From an uncultured Phycisphaerales bacterium (GTDB lineage Bacteria; Planctomycetota; Phycisphaerae; SM23-33), in the NCBI GenBank assembly GCA_965369385.1, contig CBDUQP010000004.1, positions 1 through 61,368 on the forward strand: a DNA stretch of 61,368 nt, given 5' to 3'. Under the pieces are notes generated by a model, which worked only from the letters and a program-made list of their open reading frames with translations, searched no databases and was not told the DNA's origin. Below are positions 28,679-39,393 of this stretch, piece after piece (position 1 is the first letter of the stretch; each line of letters starts with the position of its first letter). Position numbers and translations under genes: made by a program.

Positions 28679-29749
28679 CTACGGCACCAGCGTGGTGTTC
28701 TCCATCACGTCAGCAGACATCTTCACCTTGAAACGCCCAGCCTGGTTGCGATTGATCATACGCGTTCCGATCTTCGCCATGGTGATCGGCAACGATTCCG
28801 GAGCTACGCCGGCAAGAATCTTACACGCATACCCCGCCGCCAACTCGCCATGCTCAAACGACGACTCAACGACACCGGCCAGAGCACCATCCTTTATAGT
28901 AAAACTGAGAACGCCCATGATTGGCACTTCTGAGTTGGCCTCAGTCCATCCCATCACCTTCTTGGGAGACATGCTCTGAGTGGAGTTCGGCGTCTGCTTG
29001 AGTGTGTGATAGTTGTAGACAAGCACTGCATCCACGCTCTTGTTGTAGCGGATGACAGCACGTTTCCACTCTTCAAGATCGTTCGTCAGTTTGTACTCGA
29101 TAACGTTGGCTTCGGCGAGCTGCTCTTTCATGTAACTGAGCACCGCAATTGACGTGGAGTCATTGCAACTGAGAACTGCTATCTTTTTCGTGGGCCAAAG
29201 CTTCTTGAAAAACTCCACAGTGGGCCTGAACTGGCATCTTTCGAGGATCCCGGTAATGTTACGAGCGGGATATCCATACTTCGAAGGATCCGCGTTCACG
29301 CCACAGAATACTATCGGCAGTTGCTTGCCAACGTACTTCATGCCGAAAAATTCCTGGGCGTTATCGTCGGCAGTAATAACAATGTCAGGCTTCCATTCGG
29401 ACACCTTCCGCATCGCAAGCTTACCGGCCTCAACCATGAAGAGCTTGTCAGCGTTCCGCTTGGTATCCATATAATGAATAGACAACTCAACTCCCGTGTC
29501 CTTCAGCGCTTCGCGAACACCCTTGTTTAGCTCAGCAACCCAAGGGTATTGGGCATGATAGCTATGAACAAGCAGAACTCGTTTGCCTTTAATGGATTGC
29601 GCCACATTTGCTCGAGATTTGGTTGTTTCTTTACCAGGGTGTATCTTCTTCGTCGGAGCCTTCTCCTGACAAGACGTCAGACAGACTACAATCGCAATCG
29701 AAACTACCCATACAACAAGCCCCGTCTTCTTGGAAATCGCCCAGTTCAT
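28679..29749 (-). CDS. ABC-type substrate-binding protein (ABC_sub_bind family), likely lipoprotein
   Basis: VLLVHSYH...W, YMDTKR, ITADDNA, PIVFCGVN, NITGILE; CLTSC lipobox-like. Confidence 0.85.
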   Translation of the reverse strand: MNWAISKKTGLVVWVVSIAIVVCLTSCQEKAPTKKIHPGKETTKSRANVAQSIKGKRVLLVHSYHAQYPWVAELNKGVREALKDTGVELSIHYMDTKRNADKLFMVEAGKLAMRKVSEWKPDIVITADDNAQEFFGMKYVGKQLPIVFCGVNADPSKYGYPARNITGILERCQFRPTVEFFKKLWPTKKIAVLSCNDSTSIAVLSYMKEQLAEANVIEYKLTNDLEEWKRAVIRYNKSVDAVLVYNYHTLKQTPNSTQSMSPKKVMGWTEANSEVPIMGVLSFTIKDGALAGVVESSFEHGELAAGYACKILAGVAPESLPITMAKIGTRMINRNQAGRFKVKMSADVMENTTLVP

Positions 29750-29839
29750 ACTTATGGCTCCTTTCGTCAGAAACTGCAGAAGATTGTTCTAGTAGCATGA
29801 TCGTCACTTTTCGGTGACACCTTCAATAATATCACATCC

Positions 29840-30142
29840 TTGTACCCCGCGACTACAACTACAGTGACGTTAGAAGCTTACACCACACGTTTCCCACAGA
29901 GTAGACATACCGTAGTGATCTTTGACGTCGAACGCGACTGGCCCATGGGTGTGGTCAACAGCATTGTCACGCTGCGAATCTCGGGCGGCAGGTTCAAGGC
30001 AGCTCCGCAAGTCGAGCAAGCATTCGACGGAACACCCGGCGGATTCCAGAGCCACAATCAGACTACAGAAGTTGCGGCCGATGGCGACGACTGGCTGGTA
30101 ACGATGCAACTTGCACCTCACCGAACGGTAACGCTGCGATAA
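29840..30142 (+). pseudogene. Possible gene fragment of unknown function
   Basis: 100-codon ORF with protein-like beta-strand pattern but no clear RBS; followed by a hairpin near 30185-30214. Confidence 0.25.
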
Positions 30143-30362
30143 CCCATCTTGATATTGCCGAGAGATCGGCGAATGAAGCAAAAGAAAAGCCCGGGGCAAT
30201 GCCTCTGGCTTCTTCATAACTCTAGTGCTCCGTCCCACGAATAATGACCGATGGCAACCTGCCAGTAGTCCCGATGTATATCGGGAGCAGGCAACATCTT
30301 ATGAAGACTTAATACCCATCAGTTTCGCCGGGACAAAGAACTAGTAATATGTATTACAGTCG

Positions 30363-30704
30363 CTATGCGGCGACAGAACCGGCCACCAGCTCGGATTCGA
30401 CGATCTCTGCGGGCTCGACAACTTCGGCGAGATCGGGCTCCACCCAGATCACGCTATCCATGCCGAAACGTCCCGGTTCTACACCAAACGCGGCATAGTC
30501 GGTGAACCATTCGCCATCGGCGCAGTACCTGAACCTGTACTCACCAGCGGGAAGTCTGAGATCGGCAGTCCAATGCCCGTTTTCGTCGCGGGTCATCGCC
30601 AGTTCGCCATTGCGCCAATCGTTGAAATCGCCAGCCACAAACACATCTTTCGCTTTGGGACGATAGAACGTGAATTCAACTTGCTGGCCATGCGTATTTA
30701 CCAT
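30363..30704 (-). CDS. CBM48 / AMPK-beta-like glycogen-binding domain protein
   Basis: AKDVFVAGDFNDW, W...LPAGEYRFRY..DGEW. Confidence 0.88.
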   Translation of the reverse strand: MVNTHGQQVEFTFYRPKAKDVFVAGDFNDWRNGELAMTRDENGHWTADLRLPAGEYRFRYCADGEWFTDYAAFGVEPGRFGMDSVIWVEPDLAEVVEPAEIVESELVAGSVAA

Positions 30705-31691
30705 TCTTCTTTTCCTTTGTCCGCGGATACACCCTGCGACCCCCCCCAACATCCGCATAATCCGCACATCCAGAAGCCCATACGAAGCTAGAATCGGCAA
30801 TTACTAGGGGCAACTTGAATACATCCTCATATTTTGTAGATATTAGCGACCAATCGGCTCTGTATAGAGCATAATATTTCTTCTTGCGCCCTGTGTCATA
30901 AGGGGCTACATGATGGTCTATGAAGACCAGCAAGAGTACGCTCACTGTGGCGCGTCTCGGCCTACTTCACCAAACGATGCAAGAATCACCGAGGACACCT
31001 GTAGGTATCCGAAGCTCTCGGCCGTCTGCGACACGGCCAAGGTTTTCTGCCGGTCCGCAACATCGAAATCCGCAACCACCCAATGCACGAAGAATAGCCC
31101 ATCGCACTCGGTTGGCAGGTGGCTAGATAACCGCTGGTGAGCCGCCCCGCAATCCAACACACAAGCTGGATACGTATTGTTGTTTCACGTGATCTACTGA
31201 CACGCTGCTTGCCTGCCTTGTTCCAGAATATCCAACTTCCGCGAGATATTCTTGAATCGAGGAACATCCATAGTCGGCCCGTTGCACTTCGGATATGAGT
31301 TCGCCTGCTCTTGGACGTTGTAAACAGTGTTTTTTGCGTAATTTGCCGAATTTCATTGTAATTCAGTTGGATATCTGCAATTATCTCCCTCCGCTTCGGG
31401 GGCCTCGAGAAGCATCGATTCGCTGAAGCACACTCCTTTCCGCGTACTTGGCTATCCAAATATCCACAATGGCCACGCTACGAGTTGAAATCGACCACTG
31501 AAGCTCCGGTTTGGGCCTGATATCAGGGTCACGATATGTTTTCTGACGCCGACATCACTGTTTGAAGTATGAGTGTGACGCTGCGGCCAGTTCCAGATGT
31601 TGTTACTGGAAAGTTCTGGACGCCAGGCCGCTGAAGCTGGCGTGAATAATTGATTGTGCATTAGAGAGTAAGAGTAGAGGTAAAGCCGCAA

Positions 31692-33410
31692 ATGATTGAT
31701 CTGATAATTAAGCGTCAAAAGAACTTGAAGAATGAATTGTTGTCCGGGCTGACGGTTGCTTTGGCATTGGTACCAGAGGCGGTTGCTTTTGCTTTTGTGG
31801 CCGGGGTCGATCCGATGGTTGGCCTCTGGGCCGCGTTCTTTGTTGGCTTCATCACCTCGGTGTTCGGCGGCAGGCCTGGCATGATATCCGGCGCTACCGG
31901 TGCGATGGCAGTTGTCATGACTGCCTTTGTTGTGCTCTATGGTTTGGAATACCTTTTTGCTGCGGTCGTGCTATGTGGCATCATCCAGACACTATCCGGC
32001 GTGTTTCGCATAGGGAAGTTTGTCAGGCTTCTGCCCCACTCGGTCATGCTTGGTTTTGTTAATGGCTTGGCGATTGTTATCGGTATGGCTCAGCTCGGAC
32101 AGCTCAAAGAGAATCAACATATCGTCTATAATGCCGGCAAGGGCGTTTTTGAGATAGCAAGCCAATGGATGGATGGTCCGGCTATGCTTATCACCATCGG
32201 TCTCATACTTCTTACTATGGGCATCATCTATGCCCTGCCAAAGCTGACCAAAGCCATACCCGGAACACTCGTAGCCATTATTGTGGTCACACTGCTGGTC
32301 CAGTTCACATCGATAGATGCCGTAACAGTGAACGATTTTGTCGAATCTCGAAACGCAATAGCACAAGAGAAGAACCATAAGAGTGAATTGTTCGACAAGT
32401 TGAAGGGCGACCTGAAAGTCTCTCAGATAGAAGCCAAGGGAAAAGAAATCGCAGCCGCCAGCATGGAAATCCCGCCAGCCACGCAAACCCGCAAAGCAGG
32501 CACTTTCCTGATCCCCAGGATCCCGATGAGTTTCAAGAGTCTGAGCATCATTTTCGGCCTCGCACTCACCCTGGCCGCTATCGGGCTGATCGAGTCGCTG
32601 ATGACCTTGACCCTGGTGGATGAACTCACCGGAACCCGTGGTAATGGTAATCGCGAATGCATAGGCCAGGGTGTTGCCAATATCGTCTCAGGGCTCTTCG
32701 GGAGTATGGGCGGTTGTGCGATGATAGGCCAATCAATGATCAACATTCGTTCAGGCGGCAGAAGCAGACTTTCCGGCCTCGTCGCCGCCCTGTTCCTATT
32801 GGCTGTAATTCTGTTTCCGCCACTTTGGAAGTGCGTAGGGATGATTCCTGTCTCTGCACTGATTGGTGTTATGTTCATCGTTGTGATTGCAACATTTGAA
32901 TGGACCAGCCTGCGCCTGTGGGGCCGCATTCCACGCAGCGATATATGCGTTATCGTAACGGTCTCGGCCATGACTGTCATCCTTGACCTGGCTATAGCAG
33001 TGGCGGCTGGGGTAATCATCTCGGCGCTCGTCTTCGCGTGGAGAAAATCGAAACAGATCAGTGCCAATATCCGCGATGAGGACGGCACACGAACATATGT
33101 ATTGAGTGGCCCGCTGTTCTTCGGTTCGGTAACGAGCTTCAAAGACATCTTCAATCCCGACGACGATCCGGAGAAGGTCATCATCGAGTTCCGCAACTGC
33201 CACGTTTACGACCATTCAGCCCTGGAGGCCATCAGCGTCATCGGCGAGCGATACCGCAATCAGAACAAGAACATAGTGCTCAGGCACCTCAGCAAGGAAT
33301 GCCAGACCCTCCTCAAGAACGCCGGCAACATCATCGAAGTTGACCTGGCCGAAGACCCCGACTACCACGTAGCCATCAACTCAATGAAGGCCGAGACGCA
33401 TAACCAATAG
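31692..33410 (+). CDS. SulP family inorganic anion transporter with STAS domain
   Basis: GLTVALALVPEAVAF, GGRPGMISGATGA, GGCAMIGQS, GPLFFGS, DHSALEAI. Confidence 0.94.
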   Translation: MIDLIIKRQKNLKNELLSGLTVALALVPEAVAFAFVAGVDPMVGLWAAFFVGFITSVFGGRPGMISGATGAMAVVMTAFVVLYGLEYLFAAVVLCGIIQTLSGVFRIGKFVRLLPHSVMLGFVNGLAIVIGMAQLGQLKENQHIVYNAGKGVFEIASQWMDGPAMLITIGLILLTMGIIYALPKLTKAIPGTLVAIIVVTLLVQFTSIDAVTVNDFVESRNAIAQEKNHKSELFDKLKGDLKVSQIEAKGKEIAAASMEIPPATQTRKAGTFLIPRIPMSFKSLSIIFGLALTLAAIGLIESLMTLTLVDELTGTRGNGNRECIGQGVANIVSGLFGSMGGCAMIGQSMINIRSGGRSRLSGLVAALFLLAVILFPPLWKCVGMIPVSALIGVMFIVVIATFEWTSLRLWGRIPRSDICVIVTVSAMTVILDLAIAVAAGVIISALVFAWRKSKQISANIRDEDGTRTYVLSGPLFFGSVTSFKDIFNPDDDPEKVIIEFRNCHVYDHSALEAISVIGERYRNQNKNIVLRHLSKECQTLLKNAGNIIEVDLAEDPDYHVAINSMKAETHNQ

Positions 33411-33682
33411 AGTTCTCAAAGAAGAAGGCCCGCCCTTGTGTGCAGACATGTGGCGGGGACTGACTCCGGAGCGATAGCGGAGGTGCCTGTCCCCTTCGCG
33501 CATCACAAGATGGCCGAACGGGCAGCGGCCGGTTTCGCGGCTGCGTCATGCAGGTGACGGTGGCCGGGTAAACTGAGTAGTCGGAGCGAATCCGAACAAC
33601 AGCCAATTCACGTGAATCACGGCAATTGTCGCACATCTCTAAATAACGCTGCGAGAATGCCTTCAAAAGCGAGCCATTTCCC

Positions 33683-33710
33683 TTGACACGATCAGGCGTT
33701 TCTGGATAAT
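33683..33710 (+). promoter_or_regulatory. sigma70-type promoter of tRNA-Pro
   Basis: TTGACA-16nt-GATAAT, ending 15 nt before the tRNA. Confidence 0.65.
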
Positions 33711-33724
33711 GCCCTGTCTGTACC

Positions 33725-33798
33725 CGGGGCGTAGCTCAGCTTGGTAGAGTGCTTGACTGGGGGTCAAGAGGTCGCAGGTTCAATTCCTGTCGCCCCGA
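33725..33798 (+). tRNA. tRNA-Pro (anticodon GGG), CCA not encoded
   Basis: Acceptor CGGGGCG/CGCCCCG, D-arm GCTC..GAGT, anticodon arm CTTGA-CTGGGGG-TCAAG, T-arm GCAGG-TTCAATT-CCTGT. Confidence 0.97.
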
Positions 33799-33799
33799 G

Positions 33800-33833
33800 T
33801 CAAGAAAACCCCGCGAGAGCGGGGTTTTCTTGA
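33800..33833 (+). terminator. Intrinsic terminator after the tRNA
   Basis: Perfect 15-bp stem TCAAGAAAACCCCGC-GAGA-GCGGGGTTTTCTTGA. Confidence 0.85.
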
Positions 33834-34224
33834 ATAGAGCAGATGAGCAGTAGAACAGTTGAGCAGGTGAAACAACAAAGACGTAATGCCCTTCGCGAGT
33901 CGGATCGCAAATAGGTGGCTCATCCGCGGTCTCCTGGCCACAAGCGAAGCAAGTGGCGAATCTCCTGTTCACCTATTCAATCCGTTTCTTCGCCGTCCAG
34001 CAGCCGCAAGAGTGGGCCTCTTTCTTTGGGATTCTTAGACCGAACGAAGTGAGGTTTTGAACCTGCGGCCGCGGGCTCGCGCAGCGAGAACGCCAGGTCG
34101 CAGTTCACGCCGCAGGCGCCTGCGAAGCGGAAATCCTGTCACGTCCAGCTAGCGTCTTGATGTTTAAAAAAGGCCTTCCGCAAAGAAACGGATGGCTTCT
34201 TTCTTCTGCAACGGCTAATTTCCA

Positions 34225-34788
34225 TTGATGCCCATGGATAAACCGTTCAAACATTCGAAGGAGATGGCCAAATCGCCGGTCCCCTGCCATCAGCCAATCG
34301 AGTTCTGCGGAATCGACAGCGCCCCTCGCGGGACGATTTTCCGGCTGCTGACAGAGAGTTACAACGGCTGGCCGGATCGCGAGAGCAAACTCGACGTCTG
34401 GCGGTCTACCGATCGGGACTTCTTCGACAATCCAAATACCATCGGGGCCTGTGTGATATTCACGCTGCAAGCCGACCAGATCGTCGGCTTCGTCTCTTGG
34501 GACCCCAGGCAGTTCCCCACCGCCGTGATCGGCAACAATTGCGTCCTGCCGACATGCCGGAACCGCGGAATCGGCAAGAGGCAACTTGTGCATGCTCTCG
34601 AGGCCCTGGCAGCCAAGGGGTTCCACCGGGCAACGGTGACGACCGGAGATAGTGACTTCTTCGCGCCGGCCAGGCGGATGTACACGTCATGTGGATTCGA
34701 GCAAGTGTCGGCGGAACCCGGCAACACTGCGTGCCCGGTAGCCTACTTTTTGAACTTAACGCAAATGCCCCGCCAAGACGCTGAGTGA
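34225..34788 (+). CDS. GNAT family N-acetyltransferase
   Basis: IVGF, VLPTCRNRGIGKRQL (acetyl-CoA motif A), ARRMYTSCGF; start position uncertain. Confidence 0.82.
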   Translation: MMPMDKPFKHSKEMAKSPVPCHQPIEFCGIDSAPRGTIFRLLTESYNGWPDRESKLDVWRSTDRDFFDNPNTIGACVIFTLQADQIVGFVSWDPRQFPTAVIGNNCVLPTCRNRGIGKRQLVHALEALAAKGFHRATVTTGDSDFFAPARRMYTSCGFEQVSAEPGNTACPVAYFLNLTQMPRQDAE

Positions 34789-34966
34789 AGCACCTGCCAA
34801 GCCACGCCCTGCCTGCGCAAAGCAGGAGGCGAGAAGATGTCTTCCCGCCTCCTGTGGATTCATTTGCGTCTTGTTCGTCAGTTTCCGGCTTCCGTCTTCG
34901 CCTGCGGCTTCGCTCTGCGAGCTTCGTCGGCACAAGTCGTCGTGACAAGTCGCCCTGCCAAAAAAC

Positions 34967-37120
34967 CTAGAACTCGGACAGGCTCTCATCGTCCGCGTCC
35001 ATCGGGATTACCTGTTCCGCGTTGGGAGCGGCGGCGAGTTGATAGCTCGTAGCGGGTATAGCTGAAGCCTTGGGGCGTTCCGTCGGGATCGAAGCCTTGT
35101 CAGCCTTGAACTGGGCGGAGCGTTGAGGCTGCCTGCCCGATGCTGTCTTGGCCTTCGCACCGAGCGCCACGGCGTTGAGACGCTCGACCAGCGACTTCAG
35201 TTCCTCGGCCTGGGAGAACAGTTCTTCTGACGCCGATGCCGACTCTTCGGCGTTGGCGGCGTTAGACTGTGTCACCTGGTCCATCTGGCTTACAGCACTG
35301 TTGATCTGCGCGATGCCGTCGGCCTGCTCGTTGCTGGCCGTTGCAATCTCGGCCACCAGATCGTTCACCTTCTTGTTGCCCGCCGCGATCTCTTCCAGCG
35401 TGTCGCCAACTTCCTTGCTGATGTTAACGCCGTTGTTGGCGTTCTTGACCGACTCTTCGATCATGTCAGCGGTGTTGCGAGCGGCTTCCGCGGAGCGCTG
35501 GGCGAGGTTGCGAACTTCTTCGGCTACCACTGCGAAACCCTTGCCCGCTTCGCCGGCGCGAGCTGCTTCGACGGCTGCGTTGAGGGCAAGCAGGTTCGTC
35601 TGGAAAGCGATCTCGTCAATCGTCTTGACGATCTTTGCGGTCTCATCGGAAGACGTCTTGATATCGCCAATGGCCTTGTCCATGCGTTCCATGGCTTCGC
35701 CGCCCTTATCGGCAGCGGCACTTGCCTGGCTGGCGAGAGCTTTTGCTTCGTTGGCGTTAGCGGCATTCTGCTTGGTCATCGAGCCCATCTCTTCGACGCT
35801 GGCGCCGGTTTCTTCGATGGCGGCCGCCTGTTCGGAAGAACCCTGGGCGAGCGACTGGCTGGCTGACGAGACCTGGCTGGCGGCAGAGGCGGTCTGCTCC
35901 GCGCCGGATCGCAATTGCACGACAATCCGCAGAATCCTACCTGTCAGGCCCGTGGCTACGAACAACCACATCATAGTAGCCACCACTACGCCCACGGCAA
36001 CCACAGACAGCAGGATGATGTTGCTCTGGGCGCCAAGAGCAAGGACCTCGTCGCGGGCTTCGTGGAATTCGTCCGAATAGGAGCCAACCCCGATAATCCA
36101 GTCCCACGGCTTGAAATGCATGATGCGGGCGGTCTTGAGGCGGGCCTCGGCGTCTCCCTTGTTCTTCCACGGGTACTGCTGCTCGGCGATCTCGCCGGAC
36201 TTCAGGGCGTTGGCTTTATTCACGATCTCCTGGATGAAGAGCGAGCCGTTGCTGTCCTTGGCCTTCCAGATATTCTCTCCGTCGCGTTTGCCGCCACTGG
36301 AGATCACATAGTTGCCCTTGGAATCCAGCACGAACACGTACCCGGTCTTTCCGACCTTGATGTTCCTGATCTCCTGGCGGAGGAACGTCCCCGACTCCTG
36401 CGGCACACCAACGTAAAGGACACCGACTATCTCCTTGTTGTCCTTATTGCGGATCGGCTCGTAGGCCGTGATGTACCACTTGTTGACAACATACGCCCTG
36501 CCGACGAACGTCTCGCCACGCAGTACCTTGCTGAGTACCGGATTGGGCTTGCCGTCCGGGTTGATGGCAGGGATATATGTGCCGATGGCTCGCGAACCAT
36601 CGAGCTTCGCGACGTTCGTTCCCACCCGCAGCATATCACCTGCCGAATTCATGCGCTGGAAGATCGTGCAGGTACTGCCGACCAGCCCCTTGACCTCGTC
36701 AACGATCGGCGTAGCCGTTTTCGTGGAGCGGTTCTGTCCGAGCCACTTTCCGCCCACCTTCATTTTCGGCAGGGAAATCGCCGTCGCCCGCTTGGTGTAC
36801 TGGTTGATGGCAGACCACTGGGCTGCGTTCTTGGGGTCCAGTTCGGCTCCGCCGGCCTTGGCGACAAGGTCCCGAGCCACGTTAAGATCGGAGACTACCT
36901 TGTGCTCCAGCAAGTCCTGCTGGGTTCGGCACATGGCATTCACGCCCTTGACTGTGTGGTCGAGGTCGGTGTAGGCCAACTCGGTGCAACCCACTTCGAC
37001 CGCTTCAGCCATGCGACCGTTCTGATAATACGCGACCGCCGCAATCAGCACGAGCGGAGTCAACGTAAGAATGATTCCCACCGACAGCAGTCTGGCGCGA
37101 AGGGTTAACTTTCTGAACAT
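34967..37120 (-). CDS. Methyl-accepting chemotaxis protein with Cache sensor domains
   Basis: [37 protein letters not shown]; Cache_3-Cache_2-like [22 protein letters not shown]; [10 protein letters not shown]. Confidence 0.96.
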   Translation of the reverse strand: MFRKLTLRARLLSVGIILTLTPLVLIAAVAYYQNGRMAEAVEVGCTELAYTDLDHTVKGVNAMCRTQQDLLEHKVVSDLNVARDLVAKAGGAELDPKNAAQWSAINQYTKRATAISLPKMKVGGKWLGQNRSTKTATPIVDEVKGLVGSTCTIFQRMNSAGDMLRVGTNVAKLDGSRAIGTYIPAINPDGKPNPVLSKVLRGETFVGRAYVVNKWYITAYEPIRNKDNKEIVGVLYVGVPQESGTFLRQEIRNIKVGKTGYVFVLDSKGNYVISSGGKRDGENIWKAKDSNGSLFIQEIVNKANALKSGEIAEQQYPWKNKGDAEARLKTARIMHFKPWDWIIGVGSYSDEFHEARDEVLALGAQSNIILLSVVAVGVVVATMMWLFVATGLTGRILRIVVQLRSGAEQTASAASQVSSASQSLAQGSSEQAAAIEETGASVEEMGSMTKQNAANANEAKALASQASAAADKGGEAMERMDKAIGDIKTSSDETAKIVKTIDEIAFQTNLLALNAAVEAARAGEAGKGFAVVAEEVRNLAQRSAEAARNTADMIEESVKNANNGVNISKEVGDTLEEIAAGNKKVNDLVAEIATASNEQADGIAQINSAVSQMDQVTQSNAANAEESASASEELFSQAEELKSLVERLNAVALGAKAKTASGRQPQRSAQFKADKASIPTERPKASAIPATSYQLAAAPNAEQVIPMDADDESLSEF

Positions 37121-37335
37121 GTCTCGTCTCCTGTCTACAATGCCTGATGGTGGCGCACACCGGATGCGCCGCCCATATGCTCTGATCTTTCACAATTAGT
37201 CCGCCGAATCGGCCTGCTGCCCACATAGGCAGGTCTTGCAAACAGCAAAACCGGAATCCGCGATACGTGCCCGGGATTCCTGATCTCTGTTCTGAAGCTT
37301 CTCGCCGCACTGCATACCCATTCGACCCAACGCCC

Positions 37336-37343
37336 ATATCGGC
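37336..37343 (-). promoter_or_regulatory. Possible sigma28 (FliA) -10 box upstream of the MCP
   Basis: GCCGATAT on the minus strand about 215 nt upstream of the MCP start; -35 element weak. Confidence 0.3.
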
Positions 37344-37872
37344 AAGGCAAGATGGAGCATTCATTAATAGGACACAACCCTAGGCGTGGATCCCGTCCCC
37401 TTTCGAGCAAAGAGATGGCTCGGAGTTCCGTATCGCCAGACCTGCCGCCGGCAAACGGACCGCTTTTCCCCTTTCGCGACAATTGGTTAGGATCAATGCC
37501 CATCGAAAACAGCTCCAATATCCAACCGCCTCGATAGGACTTATGAATTATTTTGCAACTATTTCTCGATATGAACTCCACGGCCGGAATTACACCGTAA
37601 TCTACCCGCTCGCCGAGCAAGATCGCCCCCTGCCATCGCACTGAACAACTCCCGTCACAATCACCACAATACCTGGCCAGTGAAACACCCATATCCTACT
37701 AATAAATGGCATTCACCCAGCTTTTCAATTGGCGGACTCACCTGTCACGCCTGAGAGTTGAATCCCCCAATGCCCGTCCCGCCGGGCGGACAGGTCACCT
37801 GCGATCCGACCACAGGAAGACCTCACCTTGCACGCCAATCCGCACGTCAACCCGCCGCCGACGCCTGCCACA

Positions 37873-39393
37873 CTATGCCCTGGCCAGCGCTGCCTCACTG
37901 CGGGCCAGCGCCTTGAGGTGCTTGTCGAAGAACTTTCGATAATGGAAACCGTATATCGCGAACGTAACCGCATACGGGAACATGCGAGGCCGGCAGAACA
38001 GTGCCCACAACAGCAGCCGCCAATAGTGCACACGCTCTTTGCCTATCACGCCCAGACGGATGATAGACTTCAGCAGTGCGCCGATATGCGATGGTCTTAA
38101 CCTGAACCGGCGAGTAGGACCGCCTGTAGAACTCTTCAGCGATTTCAGGACCCGCTGGTAATACGGGCCCAACGAATACAACCCGCGTATTACGCTCGCG
38201 TAACCCTCTATCAGCACATCCCTGTCCATCTTCGGCACAAAGTTCATGGAGAAATCCGTATTGTCGCCGGAAATGTCACCCACCATCCGCCCCTCCTGCA
38301 GCATGCGTTTGTGAAGCCGCGTGTTGCGAGGCGCGTTCAGCAGGCCAACCATCGCACTTACAATCCCCGATTCCTGAATGAAGCCCACAAGCTTCTCGAA
38401 TATCGCCGCGGGATCGTTATCGAACCCGAGGATAAACCCCGCAGTAACATCCAGGCCCGCGGCCTTTATCTGACGCACGGACTCAAGCATATCCCGACCC
38501 GTATTCTGTATCTTCGCGCACTCGACCAGCGATTCGTCATGGGGAGTTTCTATCCCAATAAACACGCCATCAAAGCCGGCTGCCACCATCATCTTCATGA
38601 GTTCGGGATCGTCACAAATATCTATCGACGCCTCCGTCTGAATTATAAACGGATTCCCGTGTGCGTTCGACCACTCGATCATCGCCGGCAGAACATCCCG
38701 CTTCAACTTGGCGCGATTCCCGATGAAGTTATCATCCACCAGAAACAGATCGCCCCGCCACCCGTGCGAGTAAAGACTCTCCAGCTCCAACACTACCTGC
38801 TCGGCGCTCTTCGTGCGAACCTTCCGCCCGTACAGCACCGATATGTCGCAAAACTCGCAGTCATAGGGACACCCACGCGAGTACTGCAGGTTCATCGTCA
38901 CATATGCCTTCATATTCACCAGGCTCCACATAGGAACCGGCGTCTCGACTACATCGGCGAACTGGTCCGACTTATACACCCGCTTGGCCTCGCCTCTGGC
39001 CAGATCATCCAGGAATGGTGCCAGCGTGATTTCCGCTTCGTTCAGCACCAGGTGGTCTATGTCGTTGAAGTCTTCCGGATACGCGGTAAACAGCGGGCCG
39101 CCGGCCACGATCTTCACGCCGAACGCCTTGCAGCGAGCCGCTACTTCGTACACGGATTCCTTCTGCACTATCATCGCGCTGATGAATACTACATCCGCCC
39201 ATCGCAGATCCTTGTCCCGCAGCGAACGAACATTCATATCAGCCAGACGCTTGTCCCAAGACTCGGGAAGCATCGCCGCTACAGTGAGTAATCCCAGTGG
39301 CGGCTGGGTGGCCTTGCGAGAGATAAACTTGAGGGCATGCTCATAACCCCAGAATGACCCCGGATACTTCGGATTAACGAGGAGAACGTTCAT
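37873..39393 (-). CDS. B12-binding radical SAM protein (DUF4070 type)
   Basis: PPLGLLTVAAMLP, VAGGP, SRGCPYDCEFC, VDDNFIGN, FIGIETP, GFILGFDND. Confidence 0.92.
   Translation of the reverse strand: MNVLLVNPKYPGSFWGYEHALKFISRKATQPPLGLLTVAAMLPESWDKRLADMNVRSLRDKDLRWADVVFISAMIVQKESVYEVAARCKAFGVKIVAGGPLFTAYPEDFNDIDHLVLNEAEITLAPFLDDLARGEAKRVYKSDQFADVVETPVPMWSLVNMKAYVTMNLQYSRGCPYDCEFCDISVLYGRKVRTKSAEQVVLELESLYSHGWRGDLFLVDDNFIGNRAKLKRDVLPAMIEWSNAHGNPFIIQTEASIDICDDPELMKMMVAAGFDGVFIGIETPHDESLVECAKIQNTGRDMLESVRQIKAAGLDVTAGFILGFDNDPAAIFEKLVGFIQESGIVSAMVGLLNAPRNTRLHKRMLQEGRMVGDISGDNTDFSMNFVPKMDRDVLIEGYASVIRGLYSLGPYYQRVLKSLKSSTGGPTRRFRLRPSHIGALLKSIIRLGVIGKERVHYWRLLLWALFCRPRMFPYAVTFAIYGFHYRKFFDKHLKALARSEAALARA

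Noticed and set aside
34039-34107. Integron attC site upstream of the GNAT gene
   Set aside because: R-box complementarity is poor, there is no second attC or integrase, and the hairpin is better explained by inverted tRNA T-arm-like copies
34151-34782. 9-bp inverted repeat AGCGTCTTG/CAAGACGCT flanking the GNAT gene
   Set aside because: Too short to distinguish from chance, and the right copy lies inside the ORF
37121-37700. c-di-GMP riboswitch in the long MCP leader
   Set aside because: CGAAAGGGG occurs twice on the minus strand, but the GGCAAAC..GAAA..GACGCAAA consensus and pairing could not be found
37873-39393. Assignment as hopanoid methylase HpnP
   Set aside because: The family-level match is clear, but there is no hopanoid gene context and specificity cannot be determined by eye
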